From: Planctomycetaceae bacterium UBA7805
GTDB lineage: Bacteria; Planctomycetota; Planctomycetia; Pirellulales; UBA7805
Assembly (NCBI GenBank): GCA_002480485.1
Contig: DLCF01000033.1
Span: 35,990 to 99,989 of the forward strand
Length of the DNA stretch: 64,000 nucleotides
Reading direction: 5' to 3'
This document shows positions 1-10,212 of this stretch, one piece after another. The stretch's first letter is position 1. Every line of letters starts with the position of its first letter. A model generated the notes under the pieces. It searched no databases and was not told the origin of the DNA. It saw only the letters and a program-made list of their open reading frames with translations. The translations under genes were made by a program, and so were the position numbers.

Positions 1-712
1 TTTAGGATATCCGCGTAACCGAGGATCGTATATTCCAAACGGCGTGGATACTGATCAGTTCTCACCAAATGAGAACGTTCGGCAGACGACACGGAGACAA
101 TTGAATATTCAACCGCATGAAACCGTAATCCTCTGTGCGCGACGAATCGTCGAAAAATGCGGCATTGTCTATTTCGCGAAAGCACTCCGGCGGTTGCAGA
201 ATGTACAGAATCTGGTCGTATTGTTGACCGGTTTCTCCGGACGTTTAACCTGGAGAGATCATGAATATGAATCGCTAGTACTTGAAGAACTCGAGCACCT
301 TCCATCAGGCATCCGCGTTGTCAAACTCGGCCACGTTCCTTCTGATGACATGCCCTCCTACTATCGCGCTGCTGACTTTTGTGTTTTGCCATCACTCGTC
401 GAGGCAACCAGTATTGCGGGCTTAGAAAGCATGGCATCGGGAGTACCACTCATCGGCACCAATGTAGGTGGTATTCCCGCTATTATCCAAAATGACTTTG
501 ATGGTTTACTGGTCTCGGCCAAAGATCCTCACGCCTTAGAGCAAGCAATCCGTGTAATGATTGACGCCCCTGAAAAACGACGAGCAATGGGAGACCGCGC
601 ACGCGAGGCAGCCATCAGCCGATTCTCGTGGGACATCATTTCTCGCAAAACTGCTGAAATCTATGAGCGTGCCTCAGAAGAATTTAAAAAATCTGGTCCT
701 GTCAAAGTTTAG
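1..712 (+). CDS. Glycosyltransferase, GT-B fold (GT4-like), C-terminal part; 5' end lies upstream of the window
   Basis: Frame 2 is open from nt 2 (LGYPRNRGSYIPNGVDTDQF...), so the listed ATG at 44 is internal. It carries a GT4-type C-terminal signature: PSLVEATSIAGLESMASGVPLIGTNVGGIPAIIQNDFDGLLV. Stop is TAG 710-712. Confidence 0.85.
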   Translation, partial: LGYPRNRGSYIPNGVDTDQFSPNENVRQTTRRQLNIQPHETVILCARRIVEKCGIVYFAKALRRLQNVQNLVVLLTGFSGRLTWRDHEYESLVLEELEHLPSGIRVVKLGHVPSDDMPSYYRAADFCVLPSLVEATSIAGLESMASGVPLIGTNVGGIPAIIQNDFDGLLVSAKDPHALEQAIRVMIDAPEKRRAMGDRAREAAISRFSWDIISRKTAEIYERASEEFKKSGPVKV

Positions 713-726
713 AATTTGCATCCGCA

Positions 727-1851
727 ATGAATCCAAAACAATTGTTAGTCGGCGTATTGATCGGCACTAGACCGGAAGCGATTAAACAAGCACCTCTTAT
801 CCTTGAGGCCGCAAACAATTTTCCGCGGATTCGTCCTGTTGTGATCTGCACCGGTCAACATAGAGAATTGGCTAGAGAGAGCCTGAGTGATTTCGGAATT
901 TCGATTGATGTTGATTTAGACATCATGCAACAAGGGCAAACGCTCTCTTACATTCTAAGCAGCATTGTGCAAAAGCTTGACAACCTATTCGAAAAAGACC
1001 CCTTGGATGCGATCTTGGTGCAGGGTGATACAACATCAACATTAGCTGGCGCGTTAGCTGGGTTTCACAGGCACATTCCCGTTGGCCACGTCGAAGCGGG
1101 ATTGAGAACATACAATCTCGAAGAACCATTCCCAGAAGAGCTTAACAGACAACTCGTTACCCGAGCAGCGTTGTATCACTTCGCGCCAACTCAGAGCGCT
1201 AAAGATGCTTTGATTAGGGAAAATATCAGCCCTGATAAAATCTGGGTGACAGGCAATACAGTAATTGACTCACTCAATTACATTGCCTCGGATACACGAT
1301 GTGCTGCGCCTTCATGCCTAACTGATGAATTTTTAAGACAACCCTTCTTTTTGGTTACCTGTCATCGAAGGGAAAACCGCGGAGAAGGCATTTCATCTGT
1401 GTGCAATGCGGTCAAACGTTTACTCCAAGCGTATCCGGAGATTTCTTGCGTTTTCCCTACGCACCCCAGCCCTTACGTTCGACAACCCGTGCTGGAACAT
1501 CTCTCAGGAATTAATCGGGCCCTCGTTACGGATCCATTCGAGTATTCAAAACTTGTCTGGTGTTTGAAAAATGCACATTTTGTCTTAACAGATTCGGGCG
1601 GCATCCAAGAAGAAGCGCCAACATTTGGTACACCCGTGCTTGTCGCACGCGAGACGAGTGAGAGACCAGAGGGTGTAACGGCCGGATGCGCGCGATTAGT
1701 CGGCACAAACGAAGATTTAATCGTTAAAGAGTGTTCACGCTTAATGGATGACGAGGTTGCCTATGCATCGATGGCAAACTCAGCAAACCCGTATGGAGAC
1801 GGAACTGCCGCGCATTCCATCCTTAATATTCTCGAGCGAAATATTACCTGA
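727..1851 (+). CDS. wecB: UDP-N-acetylglucosamine 2-epimerase (non-hydrolysing)
   Basis: 374 aa. It is colinear by eye with WecB/MnaA: GTRPEAIK, VQGDTTSTLAGALAGF, GHVEAGLRTYN..EPFPEE, TGNTVIDSL, CHRRENRGEG, LTDSGGIQEEAP, ETSERPEGV, NPYGDG. Confidence 0.9.
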   Translation: MNPKQLLVGVLIGTRPEAIKQAPLILEAANNFPRIRPVVICTGQHRELARESLSDFGISIDVDLDIMQQGQTLSYILSSIVQKLDNLFEKDPLDAILVQGDTTSTLAGALAGFHRHIPVGHVEAGLRTYNLEEPFPEELNRQLVTRAALYHFAPTQSAKDALIRENISPDKIWVTGNTVIDSLNYIASDTRCAAPSCLTDEFLRQPFFLVTCHRRENRGEGISSVCNAVKRLLQAYPEISCVFPTHPSPYVRQPVLEHLSGINRALVTDPFEYSKLVWCLKNAHFVLTDSGGIQEEAPTFGTPVLVARETSERPEGVTAGCARLVGTNEDLIVKECSRLMDDEVAYASMANSANPYGDGTAAHSILNILERNIT

Positions 1852-1893
1852 TAATTGTTGGTCGTCCACTTTAAATGCAATAGATTTTCACTG

Positions 1894-2796
1894 ATGGCTT
1901 ACTCTATTAGAAGATTACTAAAAAATATCGTACCGACATGGGCTGTGCGCCGTATTCGAACGCAGCGTGCGCTATCGATTGTCAAGAAATCTATCGCCCA
2001 AGCCCCAGACTCTCCTGAATGGCTAGACAAAAGTATGCTACGCCAACTCATGGAGGATTATGATTTTCCGGAGGCCTACGGATATGACCGTGAAAGGTTA
2101 GAAATTCGTGGCAAGGAGCGCGCAGCAGAGATTCTAGACTTACCGGAAGGCAACAAATTCAAAACGACCCTGGAGTTCGGATGTGGTGACGCGATGGTAA
2201 GCGCGACACTCGCAAAACGCAATTTACGAGCCATTGCTTCAGACATTTCCAACGTAAGACTAGATCAACGAGCATTGGCAGCCGGCGTTGATTTCCGTCA
2301 TGGTGATGCTGCTGGAATTGATATCGAATCTAATATTGTCGATTGCGTGTTCTCGTATAACGCGTTTGAGCACGTCCATGACCCGCCTGCTGTCCTGAGG
2401 GAAATGGCAAGAATCACCAAGCCCGGTGGTACGATATTTCTCAGCTTCGGGCCTTTATATTGGTCGGCATTTGGAGAGCATGCTTACAGATCAATCCCTA
2501 TTCCGTTTTGCCAATGTTTATTTCCGTTATCGATATTGAATGATTTCTGCCGCGAGCATGCTTACGATGAGATTGATCCGATGCATGTAAACCAATGGTC
2601 TCTCACGCAATACAGGAAGTTATGGTCGGCTATCAGTCCACAGCTGAAATGTATCTCTTATCGAGAGAACCCGAGCGTAAACCATATAAATCTTATCCAA
2701 AAATTTCCTTCTTGCTTTAAGAACAAAGCGCTATCGCCACTCGATTACATCATTGGTGACATTCGAATTATTCTTCGCAAGAAAAGGGTCGCGTAA
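1894..2796 (+). CDS. Class I SAM-dependent methyltransferase
   Basis: Motif I LEFGCGDAM, then DCVFSYNAFEHVHDP...KPGGTIFLS (Methyltransf_11-like). ATG 1894 is preferred over the TTG at 1855 used by the track, but the start is uncertain. Confidence 0.75.
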   Translation: MAYSIRRLLKNIVPTWAVRRIRTQRALSIVKKSIAQAPDSPEWLDKSMLRQLMEDYDFPEAYGYDRERLEIRGKERAAEILDLPEGNKFKTTLEFGCGDAMVSATLAKRNLRAIASDISNVRLDQRALAAGVDFRHGDAAGIDIESNIVDCVFSYNAFEHVHDPPAVLREMARITKPGGTIFLSFGPLYWSAFGEHAYRSIPIPFCQCLFPLSILNDFCREHAYDEIDPMHVNQWSLTQYRKLWSAISPQLKCISYRENPSVNHINLIQKFPSCFKNKALSPLDYIIGDIRIILRKKRVA

Positions 2797-3764
2797 TGTC
2801 TAAGCCCATCGTGTCTGTTGTCATTCCTTTTCGTAACGCGCGACGCACTATCCTTCAATGTGTCCAATCTGTTTCCGCACAATCCCTGGACAACATAGAG
2901 ATCGTGCTGTGTGACGACCGCAGTACAGATGGCACGAAGCAATACGTGCTGTCAAATCATGTGGACGGTCGTATCAAATGGTTTCATGCAGCAGGAGCAG
3001 GAGCCTGTGCTGCAAGAAATACTGGATTTCAAAAATCCAGTGGTGATTACATTCAGTTCCTTGATGCAGATGACTTGATAGCAAAAAACAAATTAGAGCT
3101 TCAGGTACGTCAAATCGAATCGAGCTTGAACCCTGGCCAGACTGTCAGTTTCTCTGCACTACTTCAATTTCAAAACGGAAGCTCACCTGATTCGGGTGAG
3201 CGATGGCATGACGATTTTAAAAGCTTTGATGAACCGATGCGATTATTATGTAAACTCCTTTTGTCTGATCAATACATTCAAACAGGACAATGGTTGATTC
3301 CGCGTGGATTGGCAAAGCAGACGGGACCGTGGGATGAATCGTTAGCTGCCGATCAAGATGGTGAGTTTTTTGCTCGCGTATTGCAAAAATCAACAACCGT
3401 CATTTCGTGCCCAGAGGCTGTTGCCTATTATCGTAAAGCGGTTGCTGGGCAAATATCCGCACGAAAAAACGCATCGCATTTTCGTTCGCGACTCCGAGCG
3501 TTTGAAAAAAAATTACAGCTTCTTGAAGAAGTTAACGAGCGGGAAATCTTACAAGAGATCGTCACGAAACAATGTCAAACGCTCGCGACCTCCAGCTATC
3601 CAAGATCGATAAATACTTCGAGACAGGCGATTCGAATATTGCACGAACATCGATGCGAATTTAATCCATCTTTTCCAACCACCAAGCTTGCACTGATAGC
3701 ACGGATATTTGGTTGGCGTTTTGCACGTTGGTGCAGCTTTATCAAGCACGCAGGCCAGGGATAG
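2796..3764 (+). CDS. Glycosyltransferase family 2
   Basis: N-terminal GT-A signature VSVVIPFRNARRTILQCVQSVSAQSLDNIEIVLCDDRSTDGT and a DXD-like FLDADD. Its ATG overlaps the upstream stop (TAATG), which suggests translational coupling. Confidence 0.85.
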   Translation: MSKPIVSVVIPFRNARRTILQCVQSVSAQSLDNIEIVLCDDRSTDGTKQYVLSNHVDGRIKWFHAAGAGACAARNTGFQKSSGDYIQFLDADDLIAKNKLELQVRQIESSLNPGQTVSFSALLQFQNGSSPDSGERWHDDFKSFDEPMRLLCKLLLSDQYIQTGQWLIPRGLAKQTGPWDESLAADQDGEFFARVLQKSTTVISCPEAVAYYRKAVAGQISARKNASHFRSRLRAFEKKLQLLEEVNEREILQEIVTKQCQTLATSSYPRSINTSRQAIRILHEHRCEFNPSFPTTKLALIARIFGWRFARWCSFIKHAGQG

Positions 3765-4022
3765 AGGCTTTTTCTACGGTTAGGCGGCCACAAAAATCTT
3801 GATCGCTGCGCTAAAAATTTGTATAGACAACCCGTTCTTTTACAAATTTTTCGACTGTGGTTTGCGAGATTCGGCTAGTCTCTTCTGGACAATACGAGCG
3901 AAAGGTAACCCAACTTCAATCGTTGAAAATTGTCGACCAAAATTCAATCTACCGATCATGCCAACCAAATTAAAAAATAGTTCCCAACTGCCTCGCCTCG
4001 GACCACGACATGATTTTCGCGA

Positions 4023-4883
4023 TTGTCAAACGCACACATACTGCCATCAGGAGATCACGTCGTGATTGAAAAAAGCGTCAATCTTGTTCCTTGGCGATTA
4101 CGCCATTGGATTCGTTCTATCCCCGGCATTGCAAAGATGCAGCGAGAATTTTTCATGCACTGCATCGGCGAGCGTCAATTCGAGCATCACATTAACGCCG
4201 GCCCGGCATCGGGACTGAAATATTTGGTTGATCTACCACAAGATAAGCTTATTTGGACCGGCACATATGAATCAGAGGTCGCTACAAAGATCCGCGACGA
4301 AGTCATCCCGGGAAAGGCATGTTTTGACATCGGTGCTCACCGTGGATTTCTTTCTGGAGTGATGGCAGTCGCGGGGGCAAGTGAAGTGCACTGCTTTGAG
4401 CCTAACCCTGCGAACCTTGAGCAACTTAAATCGCTGGGTGATTTAAACAAACAGTACAAATTCGTAATTCATGAAATGGCAATTGGGAATCACTCGGGAA
4501 CAGTCGAATTCCTACTCATGAATAAATCTAACATGGGAAAGATGCGAGAAAGCACTTTTCAGCCGAATGCCTCAGAAGCGGCCAAACTGACCGTACAGGC
4601 ATGCCGACTCGATGATTTGATTGCAAACGGCGTTGTACCGCCGCCGGGCCTCATAAAAATCGATGTCGAAGGTGCCGAATCCCTCGTTCTTGAGGGGGGA
4701 ACAAACCTATTAAAAATGCACCGTCCCAATATTGTGCTTGAGGCACACTCCCAACATCTTGCATCAAAATGCCTCTCCCAGTTGCAGCAAATAGGATACA
4801 AAATTGAAGAGCTGTGCGAAAATACTACTATAAAGCCATCGGCCGATGAAACAACTTCGCATTGGCTGGGGCGTGCTGCCTGA
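4023..4883 (+). CDS. FkbM-family methyltransferase
   Basis: CFDIGAHRGFLSGVMA...HCFEPNPANLEQL...IKIDVEGAESLVLEGG is typical of Methyltransf_21/FkbM. The start is uncertain (TTG 4023 or ATG 4137). Confidence 0.75.
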   Translation: MSNAHILPSGDHVVIEKSVNLVPWRLRHWIRSIPGIAKMQREFFMHCIGERQFEHHINAGPASGLKYLVDLPQDKLIWTGTYESEVATKIRDEVIPGKACFDIGAHRGFLSGVMAVAGASEVHCFEPNPANLEQLKSLGDLNKQYKFVIHEMAIGNHSGTVEFLLMNKSNMGKMRESTFQPNASEAAKLTVQACRLDDLIANGVVPPPGLIKIDVEGAESLVLEGGTNLLKMHRPNIVLEAHSQHLASKCLSQLQQIGYKIEELCENTTIKPSADETTSHWLGRAA

Positions 4884-6121
4884 TGGCAAAAATAAATATC
4901 ATCTCCGGTATCCAAATTTCCAACAACCCGCGGGTTGTCAAGGAAGCAGATGCGTTGACTGAGGCAGGACACGAAGTAGAAGTATTTTCTTCAATATTAA
5001 ACCGTGCAGATGCATCCCTGGAAACGGCCCTATCAAAAAATAAAGGCTGGAAATCAACCCCCGTGATCGACAACTCGAGTCAATCGATCGCCCAACAAAT
5101 TCGTTGGTTTAAAGTGCGATCTAGGCGTCAACTCTGGAATAAAATCTACCGAGCATCAGGGTGGGGAAATGTAAGGCAGCTCGGATATGCTGCACCCGAA
5201 ATGCTCAGTCTCTGCAGGCAACGAAACGCCGCTTTGAATATTGTTCATCTTGAAGAGGCTCTTTGGGTGGGCAATAAACTGTTAAACGACGGTGAGCGAG
5301 TAGCCATCGACGTGGAAGACTGGTACTCGGAGGATCTCTCTTCTAAAGACAAGAAAAATCGACCCAGCTATTTATTGCAGCGTTGGGAAAAACGTCTCCT
5401 CCGCGATAGTTGCTACGCGACGACCACGTCCCACGTCATGGGCTCCGCCCTCGCAAAGGCCTATCGTTGCACAGCTCCCAGGGTTATTTACAACACCTTT
5501 TCCCGAAAAGAACGTAATTTACTCGATGGAAAAGCGCTTGACCGCCACGATCACGAGACGCCATCGATCATATGGTTCTCTCAAACGGTCGGTCCCGATC
5601 GGGGCCTCGAGGTGCTCATAGACGCCCTACCACACATCAATATCCCGGTGCAAATTCATATTCGTGGTAACTGCCGCGAGGGCTACGAGGGTCGCTTGCG
5701 ATCGAGGATGCCATCAGACTCAAAGCATCACCTATTCTTCCATCCCAGCGTACCACATCATCAACTTCTGTCTCGGCTTGCAGAACATGACATTGGCTAC
5801 GCAGGTGAAATTTCTTACTGCCTAAATAAAAACCTCACTATTTCAAATAAATTATTTCAGTATCTGCTATCTGGATTAACCGTTCTAGCGAGCGACACTG
5901 CGGGCCAGAAAGAAATTGCTGACTCTCATTCGGAGTTCATTCACGTTTTCAAAAATGGCAGCGCAACCGATTTGGCAGTTACATTAAATGAGATGATCTC
6001 AAATCGCGTTGACCTTGCAAGAGGTAAACAGTCAGCACTACAGCAAGCCGAATCTCACTATTGCTGGGAAGAGTCAAAACAGGTCCTACTTTCCAGCGTA
6101 TCCGAAGCCCTTAGCCGCTGA
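4883..6121 (+). CDS. Glycosyltransferase, GT-B fold (GT4-like)
   Basis: ATG 4883 overlaps the upstream stop (TGATG). N terminus MAKINIISGIQISNNPRVVKEADALTEAGHEVEV. The C-terminal half has a nucleotide-sugar binding-like block: NKLFQYLLSGLTVLASDTAGQKEIA. Confidence 0.7.
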   Translation: MAKINIISGIQISNNPRVVKEADALTEAGHEVEVFSSILNRADASLETALSKNKGWKSTPVIDNSSQSIAQQIRWFKVRSRRQLWNKIYRASGWGNVRQLGYAAPEMLSLCRQRNAALNIVHLEEALWVGNKLLNDGERVAIDVEDWYSEDLSSKDKKNRPSYLLQRWEKRLLRDSCYATTTSHVMGSALAKAYRCTAPRVIYNTFSRKERNLLDGKALDRHDHETPSIIWFSQTVGPDRGLEVLIDALPHINIPVQIHIRGNCREGYEGRLRSRMPSDSKHHLFFHPSVPHHQLLSRLAEHDIGYAGEISYCLNKNLTISNKLFQYLLSGLTVLASDTAGQKEIADSHSEFIHVFKNGSATDLAVTLNEMISNRVDLARGKQSALQQAESHYCWEESKQVLLSSVSEALSR

Positions 6122-6299
6122 CCATATAAAAAGATCAAAACGTTGTTTTTATTTCGCCAAGGTTACTACCGATGAAAATAGCTGGCCATCAACGAGTTCG
6201 GGTAGTACCGAATCAAATCCTTGACCGTCCGCAAGATGGCAGAACGGTTCACTGAATTTTTCGAACTGGCTGCCCAAAAAGCGTAATCCTTATTGCACC

Positions 6300-7460
6300 A
6301 TGAAACGACTTGCGATCATTGCAACGCATCCTGTCCAGTATAACGTTCCGTGGTTTCGTCGCCTCGCTAACGAAACAGGAATCGAGTTATGCGTATTCTA
6401 TACGTGGCATGCCGACGACCAAGTAAAATACGACCCCGATTTTCAACGAAACATCGCTTGGGATATTCCGCTGTTGGAGGGATACAATTGCAGGCTTGTC
6501 GCCCCTCAACCCACCGTCTCTCGGAAAACATTCTGGAATTTAAACAATGATATCTCCGGTCCGATTGAGGCATGGGGCCCCGACGGCATACTCGTCATGG
6601 GTTGGAATTATCTATCGCATCTCAGAGCGATGCGACATTTCTCCGGGAAAATTCCGATTTTTTTCCGCGGAGATTCCACCCTGCTCGACCACCATTCCGG
6701 ATGTCGCTCGACACTTCGCCGGATGCTACTGACACAAGTTTACAAATACGTGGATACCGCATTTTTTGTCGGTAAAAATAACTATGACTATTTCCGAAAA
6801 TTCGGTGTAGGCCCGGAACAACTGTGCTTTGCGCCTCATGCAGTTGACAATAGAAAATTTTCATCTGATGGAAACAGATATGAAGAGATCGCCACTGACT
6901 GGCGAAGTAGTTTAGGGATCGGTAAGAAAAATATCGTGTTCCTTTTCGCCGGCAAACTCATTCCGAAAAAATCACCTGACTTGCTACTTGCGGCGTTCAA
7001 GACATTTTCTCGGGTGCGTGCAGCAGAGCTCGTTTTTGTCGGCCAAGGATCCTGGGAAGAGAAACTTCGATCGCAAGCCCATGGAATGAGCAACGTGCAT
7101 TTTTTGCCCTTCCAAAATCAGTCTAAAATGCCGATTGTCTACCGCTTAGGCGATGTGGTCTGCCTTCCCTCGGCCGGCCCGGGAGAGACCTGGGGACTGG
7201 CCATTAATGAAGCAATGGCGTGCGGACGCAGTGTGATCGTCAGTGATAAAGCAGGCTGCGCCCGCGATCTGGTTGCAGACCAGCAAACTGGATACGTCCA
7301 TAAGGCAGATTCTCAGACATCTCTTCTCGAAGCAATGCAAAAGTGCCAAAACCGTGACGAGCTCGTTTCGAGAGGCAAAGCATGCTCGCAATTCATTGAT
7401 ACTTGGTCATGCGACGCTATAGCCAAACAAATTAAAAATCGTTTTCTTAGTGCAGCATAA
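6300..7460 (+). CDS. Glycosyltransferase family 4 (GT-B)
   Basis: LFAGKLIPKKSPDLLL...CLPSAGPGETWGLAINEAMACGRSVIVSDKAGCARDLV matches the Glycos_transf_1 signature. Confidence 0.8.
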   Translation: MKRLAIIATHPVQYNVPWFRRLANETGIELCVFYTWHADDQVKYDPDFQRNIAWDIPLLEGYNCRLVAPQPTVSRKTFWNLNNDISGPIEAWGPDGILVMGWNYLSHLRAMRHFSGKIPIFFRGDSTLLDHHSGCRSTLRRMLLTQVYKYVDTAFFVGKNNYDYFRKFGVGPEQLCFAPHAVDNRKFSSDGNRYEEIATDWRSSLGIGKKNIVFLFAGKLIPKKSPDLLLAAFKTFSRVRAAELVFVGQGSWEEKLRSQAHGMSNVHFLPFQNQSKMPIVYRLGDVVCLPSAGPGETWGLAINEAMACGRSVIVSDKAGCARDLVADQQTGYVHKADSQTSLLEAMQKCQNRDELVSRGKACSQFIDTWSCDAIAKQIKNRFLSAA

Positions 7461-7493
7461 AATTCATAGAATTTACCCCTGAATACTCCAGAT

Positions 7494-8957
7494 ATGAGCC
7501 AAGTCATCGCCAATCGACTTCTGCCCACCCGTCCCAAACAGAAGACCGCGAAGGCAAGCGGAGGTGCTGCCCATGAGTATTTTTCGTCACTGACCTTTTT
7601 GTGCCTGGGCCTGATCGGCTACTACCAACTTTTGCCAAGCAGCTGGCTGACCATCATCATGCTCGCTTGCATAGCACAAAGAATCTACTTTCGCATTGAT
7701 CGTGCTCTCATCATTTTAGAAATCGCAGCACTGATTGCGATTCTTCAGTGCGTTGTCGGGCCTTTATTGATGTACGAAAGTGCGTTTGTTCATCACAAAT
7801 ACATGATGTATGTGAATCCGAACACCTATTTTTCCTTTGCGATTCCCGCGATCTGTCTGTTCGTCGCTGCGTTATGCTTACCAGTGTTTGGAAACACAAA
7901 TATTGGGATTCAAATACGCGACAGCAAGCAAATGGATCGGTTAGGTTGGTACTTATTAGCGATATCCTTGGTGGGGATTGTGGGGTCCCATATCGGCCTT
8001 GGATTTTTTGCTTATCTTTTGGTCCAACTTAAATACGTTGCCGCGATTTGCCTGTTCATGAGCAATAATCGCTTTCGATGGCCCGTGCTTCTTGCTGTGC
8101 TCTTCTCTGGTTATCTCACTGCAGCGGAATATGGCATGTTCCACGAGTTACTTATCTGGGGCAGTTTTGTTGGGAGCTTTATTTTTCTCCATAAAAAACG
8201 CTCCCACGCTTTAAAAATCACCGTCTTTGCCAGCGCGATTATTGCGGTGCTTACAATCCAAGGTGTTAAAGCCGAGTACCGCGAAGCATTGGCAGATGGA
8301 AAAACACCAAATCTTACAGACGCACTGCTGGGTGTGCTTTGGTCGCTCGAATCGGTATACGAGGACAAAGACTTTCAGCACTTGGCTGTTACTAGGTTGA
8401 ATCAGGGATGGATTGTGTCCCGCGTCATGCAGTACGTACCGGTCTACGAGCCTTACGCCAAGGGAGAGACCATCTCTACTACGATTTCGGCCAGTTTAAC
8501 CCCCAGGTTCCTGAAGTCTAATAAAGAGGGCGCTGGCGGACGAACAAATTTCGTTCGCTTCACGGGACTACAACTTTCCGCCAATACCTCCATGTGCATC
8601 GGCACATTAGGAGAAGCCTACGCGAACTTTGGCAAGGACGGGGGAATTTTGATGATGCTTGTTTTGGGAGGCCTCCTGAACAAGGCCTTCGCATATTTCG
8701 TAACTCTCGGAAAATTCAACGGATATTTTTTGCTGTGTTTGCCTCTCGTCTTTCTCCAAGTCATCAAGTCGGAAACCGAAATGATTGTGATTACAAATCA
8801 TTTTGTCAAAGCCACCATAGTTATTTTACTGCTTTATCTTATTTTGCCACGGGCCTTTGGTTCGAAGCGTAAGTCGAAGCGTACGGGATTTAAGAATCGA
8901 CATTTAAACAATGGATGGCGAACGAAGGCATCACCCATTGCAATGATGAAACAATAA
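7494..8957 (+). CDS. Polytopic membrane protein, putative repeat-unit polymerase (Wzy-like)
   Basis: 487 aa with roughly 10 or more hydrophobic segments and one large hydrophilic loop (about aa 255-340). It is embedded among glycosyltransferases. No soluble-enzyme motif was seen. Confidence 0.5.
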   Translation: MSQVIANRLLPTRPKQKTAKASGGAAHEYFSSLTFLCLGLIGYYQLLPSSWLTIIMLACIAQRIYFRIDRALIILEIAALIAILQCVVGPLLMYESAFVHHKYMMYVNPNTYFSFAIPAICLFVAALCLPVFGNTNIGIQIRDSKQMDRLGWYLLAISLVGIVGSHIGLGFFAYLLVQLKYVAAICLFMSNNRFRWPVLLAVLFSGYLTAAEYGMFHELLIWGSFVGSFIFLHKKRSHALKITVFASAIIAVLTIQGVKAEYREALADGKTPNLTDALLGVLWSLESVYEDKDFQHLAVTRLNQGWIVSRVMQYVPVYEPYAKGETISTTISASLTPRFLKSNKEGAGGRTNFVRFTGLQLSANTSMCIGTLGEAYANFGKDGGILMMLVLGGLLNKAFAYFVTLGKFNGYFLLCLPLVFLQVIKSETEMIVITNHFVKATIVILLLYLILPRAFGSKRKSKRTGFKNRHLNNGWRTKASPIAMMKQ

Positions 8958-9025
8958 CATCTTCACCTTCAAGATTTCGCGAATCGATAGTTAGGCTGTA
9001 GAAGAGCTTACGACAATTACACCTT

Positions 9026-10108
9026 ATGCCAGTCCATTTTTTTACTCGGCTACACATGATTGCTCCACAAACAAAGCTGACCCGGGATACGCACGGTGTA
9101 TCGCACGCACCGATGACGGTGAGTTACTTACAGCGGAAGCCTCGCCCAAAGCAAAACTATAGCCTGGAGTTTATTTTCGATGACTTGAGACATCGACTTT
9201 CCGGAGACATAAGACCTACTGTCCATCGCGCCCCCTTTTACAGTAAGGGCTTCGTGCGGAGAGTGTTGATTGCGATATCTGCCGCATTGCATCAAGGCGA
9301 CTTAAATCATCTCACAGGCGACATCAATTTTGCGAGCCTTTTTTTAAAACGAAAAAAAACGCTGCTTACCATTCTCGACGCCGGTGTACTGAGAGAAAAA
9401 AAGGGGCTAAGGAAGTCTCTTTTAGAGTGGCTCTGGTTTCGCTTACCTGCAAAATCTGCTGAGGTAGTCACCACCATCTCGGAATTTGCCAAGCACGATA
9501 TTTTGAAGCATGTAGATATTCCGGCCGACAAAATTCGCGTCATTCCCGTTGCGGTGTCTCCCCAGTTTCAGTTGAAGCAAAAACCATTCAACGCACGATG
9601 TCCACGAATCCTTCAGGTGGGCACCAAAGAAAATAAAAATCTTGCACGGTTGATTCCTGCGCTGGCAGATATTCCGTGCCGGCTACAGATTATAGGTCCG
9701 CTTACCGATGAGTTTAAGAACAAACTGACGTCATTTAATATCGCTTACGATAATTGGACAAATCTCACACTCACTGAAGTAGTCAAACGATACGAGCAAT
9801 GTGATCTGCTTGCTTTTTGCTCGACCTACGAAGGGTTCGGCATGCCGATCGTCGAGGCAAATGCGGTCGGGCGTGTGGTCGTCACCAGCAATTGTGCCTC
9901 AATGCCCGAAGTCGCTGGAAACGCAGCAAGTCTCGTGAACCCGCACAGTATCGAGTCGATCAGGGAAGGAATCCGACGAGTGATCAAGGATGCAGCGTAC
10001 CGGCAGGAACTTATCGACCGAGGCACGCTGAATGCTAGACGATTTGATCCGACAATCATTGCCCAGCAATATCTTTCGCTCTATGAGGAAATCGCGATTG
10101 GTTCCTAA
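9026..10108 (+). CDS. Glycosyltransferase family 4 (GT-B)
   Basis: LLAFCSTYEGFGMPIVEANAVGRVVVTSNCASMPEVAGNAASLVNP matches the E-x7-E type GT4 signature. The start is uncertain (ATG 9026 or 9056). Confidence 0.8.
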   Translation: MPVHFFTRLHMIAPQTKLTRDTHGVSHAPMTVSYLQRKPRPKQNYSLEFIFDDLRHRLSGDIRPTVHRAPFYSKGFVRRVLIAISAALHQGDLNHLTGDINFASLFLKRKKTLLTILDAGVLREKKGLRKSLLEWLWFRLPAKSAEVVTTISEFAKHDILKHVDIPADKIRVIPVAVSPQFQLKQKPFNARCPRILQVGTKENKNLARLIPALADIPCRLQIIGPLTDEFKNKLTSFNIAYDNWTNLTLTEVVKRYEQCDLLAFCSTYEGFGMPIVEANAVGRVVVTSNCASMPEVAGNAASLVNPHSIESIREGIRRVIKDAAYRQELIDRGTLNARRFDPTIIAQQYLSLYEEIAIGS

Positions 10109-10212
10109 TCGCATTGATAACCTAATGTTTGAACTTGTGATAATTTTGCGACTGGCGTAATCTAACTTTTGCATCCGTTTAGGCACCTACAATCCACTCT
10201 GGTCTATCTTCT

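Noticed and set aside
3799-4065. An 88-aa ORF in the gap between the GT2 and FkbM genes.
   Set aside because: It has no recognisable motif or signal and overlaps the probable FkbM start. It more likely lies in promoter or leader DNA.
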